The notes below the pieces were generated by a model. It did not search any database. It had not been told where the DNA came from and saw only the letters and a program-made list of their open reading frames with translations. From contig CAISYZ010000089.1 of NCBI GenBank assembly GCA_903889895.1, forward strand, positions 5,274-69,273: a stretch of 64,000 nucleotides of DNA. Reading direction: 5' to 3'. Below, piece after piece: positions 41,801-49,641 of this stretch. Every line of letters starts with the position of its first letter. Position 1 is the first letter of the stretch. The position numbers were made by a program, and so were the translations under genes. The DNA is from an uncultured Verrucomicrobia subdivision 3 bacterium. Its GTDB lineage: Bacteria; Verrucomicrobiota; Verrucomicrobiia; Limisphaerales; UBA11358.

Positions 41801-42124
41801 GCCGGTGGCGGCGAGCATTTTCGGCCACCAGTCGTTCGCGGGAAAATCGCGGCGCGAGAGCGAGAGCTTCTCGAAATAATCCTCCAGTGCCAGCCACGCG
41901 CGCTGCGAGTCCGGGCAGGCGGCGAAGGTGCGCAGGATGTCCTCGCGCTCGTTGACGGTGGTTTTGGAGTCGGAAAGTTCGCGGCGCAGGTCGGCAAAAG
42001 CGCCGTAAGTCTGCGACAAAACCTTGTGGTGTGCGTCGTATTTGCTCGCGCCCGCGCGCGGCGTTCCGTTCCCGTTTCTGATTGGCGTTCTCGGCATCTG
42101 GGCAAAATTACTATGTTCTATCAT
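38828..42124 (-). CDS. SNF2/RapA-family helicase with a ~540-aa uncharacterised N-terminal region
   Basis: Helicase motifs are present: '[14 protein letters not shown]', '[11 protein letters not shown]', '[10 protein letters not shown]', '[15 protein letters not shown]' and '[21 protein letters not shown]'. I chose the start at 42124 (or 42097). The longer ORF to 42961 is antisense to asd. Confidence 0.85.
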   Translation of the reverse strand: [1098 protein letters not shown]

Positions 42125-42232
42125 TTCGACACAACCCGCGTTGGCGGTCAATCGCAAAGCAAAAGTTTTTTGGTCGGGAAGGCGGCGGGCGATTGACGGT
42201 TGGATGAATTTTGTTAAGCTGTCCGGCCATTT

Positions 42233-43237
42233 ATGAACCGCAATCCACACGTTGCAATTGTCGGTGCCACCGGCGCGGTCGGCATCGAGATGATCAAGAC
42301 CCTTGAAAAGCGGAATTTTCCCGTGGGCAAGCTCACGCTGCTCGCGTCCGCCCGTTCGGTCGGCAAGAAACTCAAGTTCAAGGGGCAGGACATCACCGTG
42401 ACGGAACTGACGAAGGATTCGTTTGCGGGCATTGACATCGCGCTCTTTAGCGCCGGCGGCGGCATCTCGAAGGAATTTGCCCCCATCGCCGCCAAGGCCG
42501 GCTGCGTGGTCGTGGACAACTCCAGCGCGTTCCGCCAGGACCCGAACGTGCCGCTGGTCGTGCCGGAGATCAATGCCGCCGACGTGAAGAAACACAAGGG
42601 CATCATCGCCAATCCGAATTGCACCACGGCCATCACGCTGATGGCGCTGTATCCGCTGCACCAGGCGTTCGGCGTGAAGCGCATTTTTGCCTCCAGCTAC
42701 CAGGCTGTTTCCGGCACGGGCGCGAAGGCTTTGGAAGAGCTGGAAAAACAGGTTGACCAAATTGTCCACAAGCAGCCGGTGACGAAGGAAGTCTATCCGC
42801 ACCAGATCGCGTTCAATGTGATTCCGCATGTGGACTCGTTTTTGGCCACCGGCTACACCAAGGAAGAGATGAAGATGGAAAACGAAGGCCGCAAGATCAT
42901 GCACCATGACAAGTTCCGCGCCAGCGTGACCTGCGTGCGCGTGCCGGTCTATCGGTCGCACTCCATTGCTGTGAGCGCGGAATTCGAGAAGCCGGTGTCG
43001 CTCGACGCGGCGCGCGCGGTTTTGAAGAAGGCGCCCGGTCTTGACGTCGTGGACGAGCCGGAGAACAAGAAATATCCGATGCCGCTGTTCACCTCCGAGA
43101 AATACAACTGCGAGGTCGGCCGCCTGCGCCTCGATTGCGCGCTGGATAACGGCCTGTGCTTCTGGGTCAGCGGCGATCAGCTGCTCAAGGGCGCCGCGCT
43201 CAACGCGGTGCAGATCGCGGAAGAGTTGGTGAAATAA
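42233..43237 (+). CDS. asd: Aspartate-semialdehyde dehydrogenase
   Basis: 334 aa, with 'VAIVGATGAVG', 'IIANPNCTT' and 'SYQAVSGTG'. Confidence 0.9.
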   Translation: MNRNPHVAIVGATGAVGIEMIKTLEKRNFPVGKLTLLASARSVGKKLKFKGQDITVTELTKDSFAGIDIALFSAGGGISKEFAPIAAKAGCVVVDNSSAFRQDPNVPLVVPEINAADVKKHKGIIANPNCTTAITLMALYPLHQAFGVKRIFASSYQAVSGTGAKALEELEKQVDQIVHKQPVTKEVYPHQIAFNVIPHVDSFLATGYTKEEMKMENEGRKIMHHDKFRASVTCVRVPVYRSHSIAVSAEFEKPVSLDAARAVLKKAPGLDVVDEPENKKYPMPLFTSEKYNCEVGRLRLDCALDNGLCFWVSGDQLLKGAALNAVQIAEELVK

Positions 43238-43275
43238 ATCACTGGAGCGGTCATTGGCTTAGGCAAAGCGTTTCA

Positions 43276-43341
43276 CGGGCGGGAATTTCTTCAGGGATTC
43301 CTGCCCGCTTGCTTTTCCCCGCCGGCAGCGGGAGTTGCCGG
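43276..43341 (+). terminator. Two hairpins downstream of asd (candidate terminators)
   Basis: The first is GGGCGGGAAT-ttcttcaggg-ATTCCTGCCC, followed by a T-rich stretch. The second is GCCGGCA-gcgggagt-TGCCGGC. Neither has a strong U-tract. Confidence 0.35.
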
Positions 43342-43344
43342 CTT

Positions 43345-43366
43345 CAAGTAACTGATCAGTTACTTG
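43345..43366. promoter_or_regulatory. Perfect 22-bp palindrome CAAGTAACTGATCAGTTACTTG (candidate dimeric-regulator operator)
   Basis: It is exactly self-complementary and lies 112 nt upstream of the ATG at 43478. Confidence 0.4.
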
Positions 43367-43477
43367 GTGGTTGATTTTCCCGAAACCTCTGCGAACATAA
43401 CTGCGTCCTTTTGGGACAAACATGACGTATCCTCAGTCTTTCCCCCGACGTGCTGCCGGCTGGCCCGGTGTTTTACC

Positions 43478-44743
43478 ATGAGCCGGCCACGCAAGCCGGA
43501 GTCCGGCGCGGCGGCCAATGTGTTCCAGTTCTCGCTCACGGGGCTGATTATCTTCAGTCTGGCGTTGCTCGCGGGCACGGCGTTCGTCACCTCCCGGCTG
43601 GTGGCCGTCACCCGCCCGAAACTGGCGGAGACCTTTGCGATTGATCCCAAGGACAAATCGCGTTCGGTTCACGTCGGCCCGTGGGGGGAATTGATCACGC
43701 GCGAAATCTCTTTGGAACGGCCCGTGGAGTATCTCACCGAGGAAGTCGCCAAGCCGACGCCGCAGGTCTGGGTTTTCAACGGTCTCAAGCCGGACGGCAT
43801 CCGATCGTTTCTGGTGCAGCACGGGCTGACCGCCGCGCAGGCCGCCGCCGCCGTGGTGCCGTCCGCCGTGCAGGAAACTTCCTCCGGCACGCAAGTTACG
43901 CCCACCGCTGACTTCTTGTTCTCGCTCACGCCGGCGAACCGGCAGCAGCTTTATCCCGCGCTCGCGGGCTTTGGCATAAACCTCTACCTTGACTACCCCT
44001 ACATCTTTCCCGCCCAGACCATCCAGACCATCTACGCGGATGACCGGTTGAATCCCGACGATGTGGCCCTGCTCAAACGGCTCGTGTATCCGAACGGCTC
44101 CGCGCAGCAGCTCGCCGACTATCCGTTTCTCCTCAACCAGATTCCCACGCTTGAACGCCGCGTGGCGTTGACGCACGCCATGTCGCGCCAGTCTGCCATC
44201 CTGGCCGGGCTGTCCGTCAAGCCGGACACGGACATCGACAAGATTGCCGCTTATTGGGGTAAAATGCACAACGTCCGCTTCACCGACATCCGTCCGCTGA
44301 TGGAAGCCCTCAAGCGGCTGCCGGAAGGTGGCAATCTTCCTCTGCTTTACCTGCTGCCGAAGTTTGCCCGCGACCGCCTTTACACCTTCCCGCTCCCGCC
44401 GCAACCGGGCGACCCGACGATGGACTGCCACTGGACGACGTTTAATTTCAGCAGCGAGACGCCAGACAACCGGTTCAACGATCCGAAGTTTGCCGTGGAC
44501 TACATCCAGAAGAATTATTACCAGATTGCCGCGCCCTCCCAATACGGCGACATCCTGCTGCTGATGAACAACAAGAACGAGATCAAACATTCCGCCACCT
44601 TTCTGGCCGATGATTTGGTCTTCACCAAAAATGGGAACAACTTCCGCCAGCCGTGGATGATAATGCGTATCGACGATTTGCTGGCGACCTATCCGGACGA
44701 ACCACCGATGCGCGCGGTCTACATGCGCGTGAAGACAGATTAA
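43478..44743 (+). CDS. Membrane-anchored hypothetical protein with a possible C-terminal Cys/His (papain/NlpC-like) motif
   Basis: 421 aa from the ATG at 43478, with the TM anchor 'FSLTGLIIFSLALLAGTAFV'. The C-terminal region has 'DPTMDCHWTTFNF ... IKHSATFLADDLVFTKNG'. Confidence 0.5.
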   Translation: MSRPRKPESGAAANVFQFSLTGLIIFSLALLAGTAFVTSRLVAVTRPKLAETFAIDPKDKSRSVHVGPWGELITREISLERPVEYLTEEVAKPTPQVWVFNGLKPDGIRSFLVQHGLTAAQAAAAVVPSAVQETSSGTQVTPTADFLFSLTPANRQQLYPALAGFGINLYLDYPYIFPAQTIQTIYADDRLNPDDVALLKRLVYPNGSAQQLADYPFLLNQIPTLERRVALTHAMSRQSAILAGLSVKPDTDIDKIAAYWGKMHNVRFTDIRPLMEALKRLPEGGNLPLLYLLPKFARDRLYTFPLPPQPGDPTMDCHWTTFNFSSETPDNRFNDPKFAVDYIQKNYYQIAAPSQYGDILLLMNNKNEIKHSATFLADDLVFTKNGNNFRQPWMIMRIDDLLATYPDEPPMRAVYMRVKTD

Positions 44744-44752
44744 GCAAAATAA

Positions 44753-45178
44753 CTACGGCTTGGGAGTATCCCGTGTGACGGCGCTCAGGGATTTGATCTT
44801 TGCGGCGCGCGCGATGTCCATCACGGCCACCACTTTTTCCCAGGCGGCCTTTTTGTCCGCGCGGATGGCCAGCTTCAAGTCCGGGTCCCGGGCAGCCCGC
44901 TCCAGCAATTGCCCGCGCAACTGGTCCACGGTTAGCGGCCGCGATTCCTTGTCCAACCGGAAAATGCCCTCGGCATCAATGCTTACTTCCACGGGCGGAT
45001 GCTCCTCGGCGCCGGTCTTTTCCGCCGCCGAAGAGGCCGGCAGCGCCAGCTTGAGGGACGGCTGCTGCTTGAACGTGGTCGTCACCATCAGGAAAATCAG
45101 CAGCACCACCAGCACGTCAATCAGCGCGACGATGATGACGGCGGGCGCCGTGCGGCGTTTGCGGACGGAGAAGCGCAT
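44753..45178 (-). CDS. exbD: Biopolymer transporter ExbD/TolR
   Basis: 141 aa, with 'VIIVALIDVLVVLLIFLMV' and an ExbD-type periplasmic domain. Confidence 0.85.
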   Translation of the reverse strand: MRFSVRKRRTAPAVIIVALIDVLVVLLIFLMVTTTFKQQPSLKLALPASSAAEKTGAEEHPPVEVSIDAEGIFRLDKESRPLTVDQLRGQLLERAARDPDLKLAIRADKKAAWEKVVAVMDIARAAKIKSLSAVTRDTPKP

Positions 45179-45181
45179 GGT

Positions 45182-45775
45182 TCAGTTCGTTTTGTCGCGA
45201 TACTGCTTGCGGATGAAGTCATCGCACAACGTCTCCATCTCCACGGCGAGCACCTCGACCTTTTTGCTGAAGTAGCTCCAGAAAATGAGTGAGGGAATGG
45301 CGATGAGCAAGCCGGCCAGCGTGGCGCGGAGAATGAGCGCGATGCCCTGGGCCAGCTTTTGCGCGTCGTTGAGGCCGGTCACGCCGAGGTCCCCGAAGAC
45401 GCTCATCATGCCGGCGATGGTCCCGACGAGTCCGAGCAGCGGCGCAATGCCCACGATGACTTCCAACACGACGAGGCCGCGTTCCAGGTGCACCACCTCA
45501 TGCCGCGCGGCGGTTTCGAGGGCATCCATGTTGTCGGCCTTCGGCCACTCCACGCGTTCGGCCGCGAGCGCGATGAGCCGGCCGAGCGGGGAAGGGTGCT
45601 GGTCGCAGACCGCGCGGACCGTTTTAAAGTCCTCGCGCGTGTGGCAGTTTTCCAACGCGGTGACAATCTTCGGCGGCACGACCGCGCTCCAGCGCAGCGA
45701 CCACGCGCGCCAGAGGATGACGCCGACACACACGACCGAGGTGACGGCAAGGAGGAGATAAACGGCATTTTCCAT
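45182..45775 (-). CDS. exbB: MotA/TolQ/ExbB proton channel protein
   Basis: 197 aa, with 'IAPLLGLVGTIAGMMSVF' and 'ILRATLAGLLIAIP'. Confidence 0.85.
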   Translation of the reverse strand: MENAVYLLLAVTSVVCVGVILWRAWSLRWSAVVPPKIVTALENCHTREDFKTVRAVCDQHPSPLGRLIALAAERVEWPKADNMDALETAARHEVVHLERGLVVLEVIVGIAPLLGLVGTIAGMMSVFGDLGVTGLNDAQKLAQGIALILRATLAGLLIAIPSLIFWSYFSKKVEVLAVEMETLCDDFIRKQYRDKTN

Positions 45776-45799
45776 AAATTTTCGGCGGACAAACTTAAT

Positions 45800-46756
45800 T
45801 CAATAGTAATAGAAGGTGAAGGTGATTTCGCGGTAATTCGTCCCGATCATGCGCCGCATGTCCGTGCTCCACGCGCCAAACGGCGCGGCCTGTTGGATGG
45901 CTTCCTGGCAGACGTAACCCAGCAGCTCGCCCACGGTGTTGACGGTAATCTTGAGCTCGGTCACGGACCCGTCGGGATTGAGGCGGAAATAAACCGTCGC
46001 CCGGCCAGTGCGGTCGAGCGCGAACTGCTGGCTGTCGAGCAAGTCATACCACCGCGAGCGGATGGCGTCCACAATCCGGCGGTCGTAGTCACCAAACGGC
46101 GTGGCCATCGCATCCAACGAGGAAGCGAGGGCGCGCCGCTTGACGCCGCCTTCCTGCTGCAGCTCCAAGCCCGGCGGTTTGTTCTGTTGGGCCAGCGCCT
46201 CGCGCACCGTGCGCGGTCGCGGCTTGGGCTGGGAATCGGGATTGCTCTGGTCGGCGGGTTTCCCCGGCTGCAAGGTGCCGGGATTGAGGCCGGCGGGCTT
46301 TGGCTCGGCGGGTTGGGAATCAACCTGCTTTTGCGGGGGTGTGGGCGTGGCGGATTTGGTCTTCACCGGTCGCGGCGCGTCCTCAGTCTTCGGCACGTCG
46401 CGCTGATGGCCGTTGAGCTTGGGCTGATTCGATTCGATGGCGGCATCAGGATTGGCCGCGCGGGAGTTCTTGTCGGAATAATACTTCGCCTGTTTCGGCG
46501 CCACGGTGTCCGCCTGTTCCACGTCGAGGTAAATGGTCGGGTCGGTTTTCGGCACCATCGGCGGCGGGGTTTGCGCCCCGAGCGGATGCCGCACGGGCCA
46601 GTGCAGTTTCTGCCACCACCCGGCCTTTTTGCCCGCCTCATAGCCGCCCCAGACGCCGAGATGCGCGAGCAAAGAGATGAGCAACGCCAGCAACAGGCCG
46701 GTTTTATCCAGCCGGTTGAAGCGCAGGGAAGCTAGTCCTTTGCGGGGGCGAACCAT
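45800..46756 (-). CDS. TonB-like energy transducer (N-terminal anchor, Pro/Lys-rich spacer, C-terminal TonB-type domain)
   Basis: The start at 46756 gives 'MVRPRKGLASLRFNRLDKTGLLLALLISLLAHL'. A proline-rich middle region is followed by a C-terminal 'ATVYFRLNPDGSVTELKI' beta-alpha-beta-like domain. Confidence 0.6.
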   Translation of the reverse strand: MVRPRKGLASLRFNRLDKTGLLLALLISLLAHLGVWGGYEAGKKAGWWQKLHWPVRHPLGAQTPPPMVPKTDPTIYLDVEQADTVAPKQAKYYSDKNSRAANPDAAIESNQPKLNGHQRDVPKTEDAPRPVKTKSATPTPPQKQVDSQPAEPKPAGLNPGTLQPGKPADQSNPDSQPKPRPRTVREALAQQNKPPGLELQQEGGVKRRALASSLDAMATPFGDYDRRIVDAIRSRWYDLLDSQQFALDRTGRATVYFRLNPDGSVTELKITVNTVGELLGYVCQEAIQQAAPFGAWSTDMRRMIGTNYREITFTFYYY

Positions 46757-46850
46757 GGACTTTAATTTTGCCGCACGGATGCAGACGGGGCAACAGCTAG
46801 ATTTTCCATTTGGCAAGGACGATGAAGGTGCTACATTCTTCCCACACCCT

Positions 46851-47117
46851 ATGTTTCAAACCGCTCACGCGGCAACTGCGTCCGCGCAAAATGTGGCCGA
46901 CTATATCATCGTCGTCAGCAATGAGGATGATTACCACGGCAGCTTCCATCACTTCGCCGAAAAGGTGAACCGCAAACTTAAGGCCGGCTACCAACTGCAC
47001 GGGCCGCCGTTCAATATCAACCTCACGCTGTGTCAGGCCATGGTGCGCCCCGGCGGTGCCGCGGCCAGCGGGGACACGACGATGTTCTTAAATTCGCCGG
47101 GCAATCATCACAGCTGA
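46851..47117 (+). CDS. Small DUF1737-like protein
   Basis: 'YIIVVSNEDDYHGSFHHFAEKVNRKLKAGYQLHGPPFNINLTLCQAMVRP' resembles the DUF1737 pattern. The start is uncertain (46755 or 46851). Confidence 0.35.
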   Translation: MFQTAHAATASAQNVADYIIVVSNEDDYHGSFHHFAEKVNRKLKAGYQLHGPPFNINLTLCQAMVRPGGAAASGDTTMFLNSPGNHHS

Positions 47118-47159
47118 TTGCCGCTTGCGGTTCCGCCGCGATTTGGTTTCATCGGCGTC

Positions 47160-47921
47160 ATGACAAAGGTTCCGCTGCAAAAAATCGCCGCGCATTGCGA
47201 CAAAATTCTCCGCACCGCCGCCATTGGCGATTACGACGGCGCGGTGAACGGATTGCAGGTGGAAAACTCCGGCTCCGTCACGCGCCTCGCCGCCGCCGTG
47301 GACGCCAGCCTCGCCACCGTGAAGCTTGCCATCGCGGCGAAAGCAGATTTGCTCATCGTGCACCACGGTTTGTTCTGGTCGAAGTCGCAGCCGTGGACCG
47401 GCAAAAAGTATGAGTTGATAAAATTGCTCATCGAAAACAACCTCGCGATTTACAGCTCCCACCTGCCGCTCGACGCGCATCCCAAGCTTGGCAACAACGC
47501 CCAACTTGCCACCGCGCTTGGCTTGAAAAATCTGCAGCCATTTTTCTTCAGTCACGGTCAGGACATCGGCTTGAAAACGTTCTCCAAAATTTCACGGACT
47601 GAATTGGCGCAGCGATTGGAGCGCGCCACCGGCGCAAAACCCAAAATAATTCCCGGCGGGAAAGAGACCTGCCAACGCATCGGCATCGTCACCGGCGGCG
47701 CGGGTGGTGAACTGAAACAGGCGGTGGCGGAAGGCGTGGACACGTTCATCACCGGCGAAGGCCCGCACTGGACTTATGCGCTGGCGGAAGAATTGGGCCT
47801 GAATGTTTTCTACGCCGGCCACTACGCGACCGAGACATTCGGCGTGCAGGCGCTGGCCGCAGAGCTTGCCAATAAATTCAAGTTGCCGTGGTTTTTTTTG
47901 GATCATCCGACTGGATTGTGA
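47160..47921 (+). CDS. Nif3-like dinuclear metal centre protein (GTP cyclohydrolase 1 type 2 homologue)
   Basis: 'NGLQVENSG', 'DLLIVHHGLFW', 'IYSSHLPLDAH' and 'AGHYATETFGV' are present. Confidence 0.85.
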   Translation: MTKVPLQKIAAHCDKILRTAAIGDYDGAVNGLQVENSGSVTRLAAAVDASLATVKLAIAAKADLLIVHHGLFWSKSQPWTGKKYELIKLLIENNLAIYSSHLPLDAHPKLGNNAQLATALGLKNLQPFFFSHGQDIGLKTFSKISRTELAQRLERATGAKPKIIPGGKETCQRIGIVTGGAGGELKQAVAEGVDTFITGEGPHWTYALAEELGLNVFYAGHYATETFGVQALAAELANKFKLPWFFLDHPTGL

Positions 47922-48433
47922 TGGCGGATTTTCAACATGATTTTTCGAACCCGGCAGATAAATTCCATCTGAACGCGGCTTCCGGCTGGATAGGTTTGGG
48001 CGACTTGGATTCCGCGCGTGCCGAATTGGATCAGGTCTCGCCCGAAATCCGTAGTCACCCTGCGGTGCTCATGGTTCAAAGCGAATTGTTGTTCGCGGAA
48101 AAAAACTGGGAACGGCTGTTGCCGCTCAACGAAACTTTGCTGGGGCAGTATCCCAAGCTGGAATTTCTTTGGATCAACCGCAGCTATGCGCTGCATGAGT
48201 TAAAGCGGACGCAGGATGCCTTTGATGCTTTGCTACCCGCTGTCAAAAAGTTTCCAAAACGCTGGCTCATTCGTTACAACCTCGCCTGTTATTGTTCACA
48301 GCTCGGCGCGTTGAAAGAAGCGATCCAGTGGCTGCAAAAGGCGATTGAACTCGCGGGCAAAAAGGAAATCAAATCCATGGCGCTGGACGATTCCGACTTG
48401 CAGCCGCTTTGGAAAGAAATCCGGGAATTCTGA
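47921..48433 (+). CDS. TPR-repeat protein
   Basis: 170 aa. Its start forms an ATGA overlap with the Nif3 stop. It is made of helical TPR-like repeats ('YNLACYCSQLGALKEAIQWLQKAIEL'). Confidence 0.6.
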   Translation: MADFQHDFSNPADKFHLNAASGWIGLGDLDSARAELDQVSPEIRSHPAVLMVQSELLFAEKNWERLLPLNETLLGQYPKLEFLWINRSYALHELKRTQDAFDALLPAVKKFPKRWLIRYNLACYCSQLGALKEAIQWLQKAIELAGKKEIKSMALDDSDLQPLWKEIREF

Positions 48434-48441
48434 CCGTCACG

Positions 48442-49641
48442 TCAACCGAGCCGCGGCAAAACCCGTTGGCAAATCGTCTGCCCGATGGCCAGCGACGCGG
48501 TCGCGGCCGGTGACGGCGCGTTGATGACGTGCAACATGCCCGGCGCTTCCACGAAATGAAAATCTTCGACCAGCTTACCATCCGGCGTCATTGCTTGCGC
48601 CCGCACGCCAGCGCCGCCCGGTTCGATGTCTTCCGTGCGGATTTCCGGCACCAGCTTTTGCAGCGAGCGCGTGAACTCGGCGCGTGAAAGTGAGCGGCGA
48701 ATTTCATAGCCACAGAGACTTGGATATTTCGCCAGGAATTTCCACAGGCCGGGAAAGGACAGTGACTCCACAAAATCTCGCAGATTAAAATCCGTCCATT
48801 TGTAGCCTTCGCGCGCGAAGGCCAGCACCGCGTTCGGCCCGGCCTCGATGCCACCGTGGATGAGTCGAGTAAAATGCACGCCGAGAAACGGGAACTTCGG
48901 ATCAGGCACCGGATAAATCAAATTGCGGACGAGGTGCTGCCGCTCCTTTTTGATGACATAATACTCGCCGCGAAACGGGACGATTTTGGCCGTCGGCTTT
49001 TGCCCGGATATTTTGACCACCCGGTCAGCATGCAATCCGCCGCACGCGACCACAAATTTTGCGCCGAAATTTCCGGCGGAAGACTCCACTACTTTCTTAA
49101 CGCCGGCGGAAATTATTTTTTCAACGCATGCGTTAAGCTTGATTTCTCCGCCCGCTTTGCGGATGAGTTCGCCGAGCTTTTCGCAGACGGCGGGATAATC
49201 CACGATGCCTTCCTGTGGCACATGAATCGCAGCGAGGCCGGCGGCATGCGGCTCGATTTCTTTGATTTGCTTCGGATTCAATTTGCGCAACCCTTGCAAG
49301 CCGTTGGCGTTGCCACGCGTCCAAAGGTTTTCCAAACGCTCCAGCTCGTTTTGCTCCGTGGCGACGACAATTTTTCCACACTGCTCATGCGCGATGCCAT
49401 GTTCGCGGCAAAACGCTACCATCTGTTGCAAGCCCTGCACGGCGCAGCGCGCTTTTTCTGAGCCGGGTTTGTAATAAAGTCCCGCGTGCAACACACCGCT
49501 ATTGTTGCCGGTCTGATGTGCGGCGAGCTTGGATTCTTTTTCGAGCAGCAGAATTTTCAATTGCGGCCTCGCCTCCAAAAGTCGATACGCCGTCGCCAAA
49601 CCAACAATCCCGCCACCCACAATGACCGCGTCGTATTTCAT
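48442..49641 (-). CDS. lhgO: L-2-hydroxyglutarate oxidase-like FAD-dependent oxidoreductase
   Basis: 399 aa, with 'YDAVIVGGGIVGLATA' and 'NSGVLHAGLYYKPGSEKA'. Confidence 0.8.
   Translation of the reverse strand: MKYDAVIVGGGIVGLATAYRLLEARPQLKILLLEKESKLAAHQTGNNSGVLHAGLYYKPGSEKARCAVQGLQQMVAFCREHGIAHEQCGKIVVATEQNELERLENLWTRGNANGLQGLRKLNPKQIKEIEPHAAGLAAIHVPQEGIVDYPAVCEKLGELIRKAGGEIKLNACVEKIISAGVKKVVESSAGNFGAKFVVACGGLHADRVVKISGQKPTAKIVPFRGEYYVIKKERQHLVRNLIYPVPDPKFPFLGVHFTRLIHGGIEAGPNAVLAFAREGYKWTDFNLRDFVESLSFPGLWKFLAKYPSLCGYEIRRSLSRAEFTRSLQKLVPEIRTEDIEPGGAGVRAQAMTPDGKLVEDFHFVEAPGMLHVINAPSPAATASLAIGQTICQRVLPRLG

Noticed and set aside
38720-42196. A 1158-aa plus-strand ORF covering the SNF2 locus.
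   Set aside because: It is antisense to a gene with complete SNF2 helicase motifs. Its translation is R/A/G/L-rich low-complexity sequence, typical of shadow ORFs in GC-rich DNA.
42125-42961. An N-terminal extension of the SNF2 ORF (the track gives 1377 aa, starting at 42961).
   Set aside because: The extension is antisense to the well-supported asd gene (42233-43237) and has no helicase-related sequence. An ATG at 42124 or 42097 gives a clean divergent promoter region.
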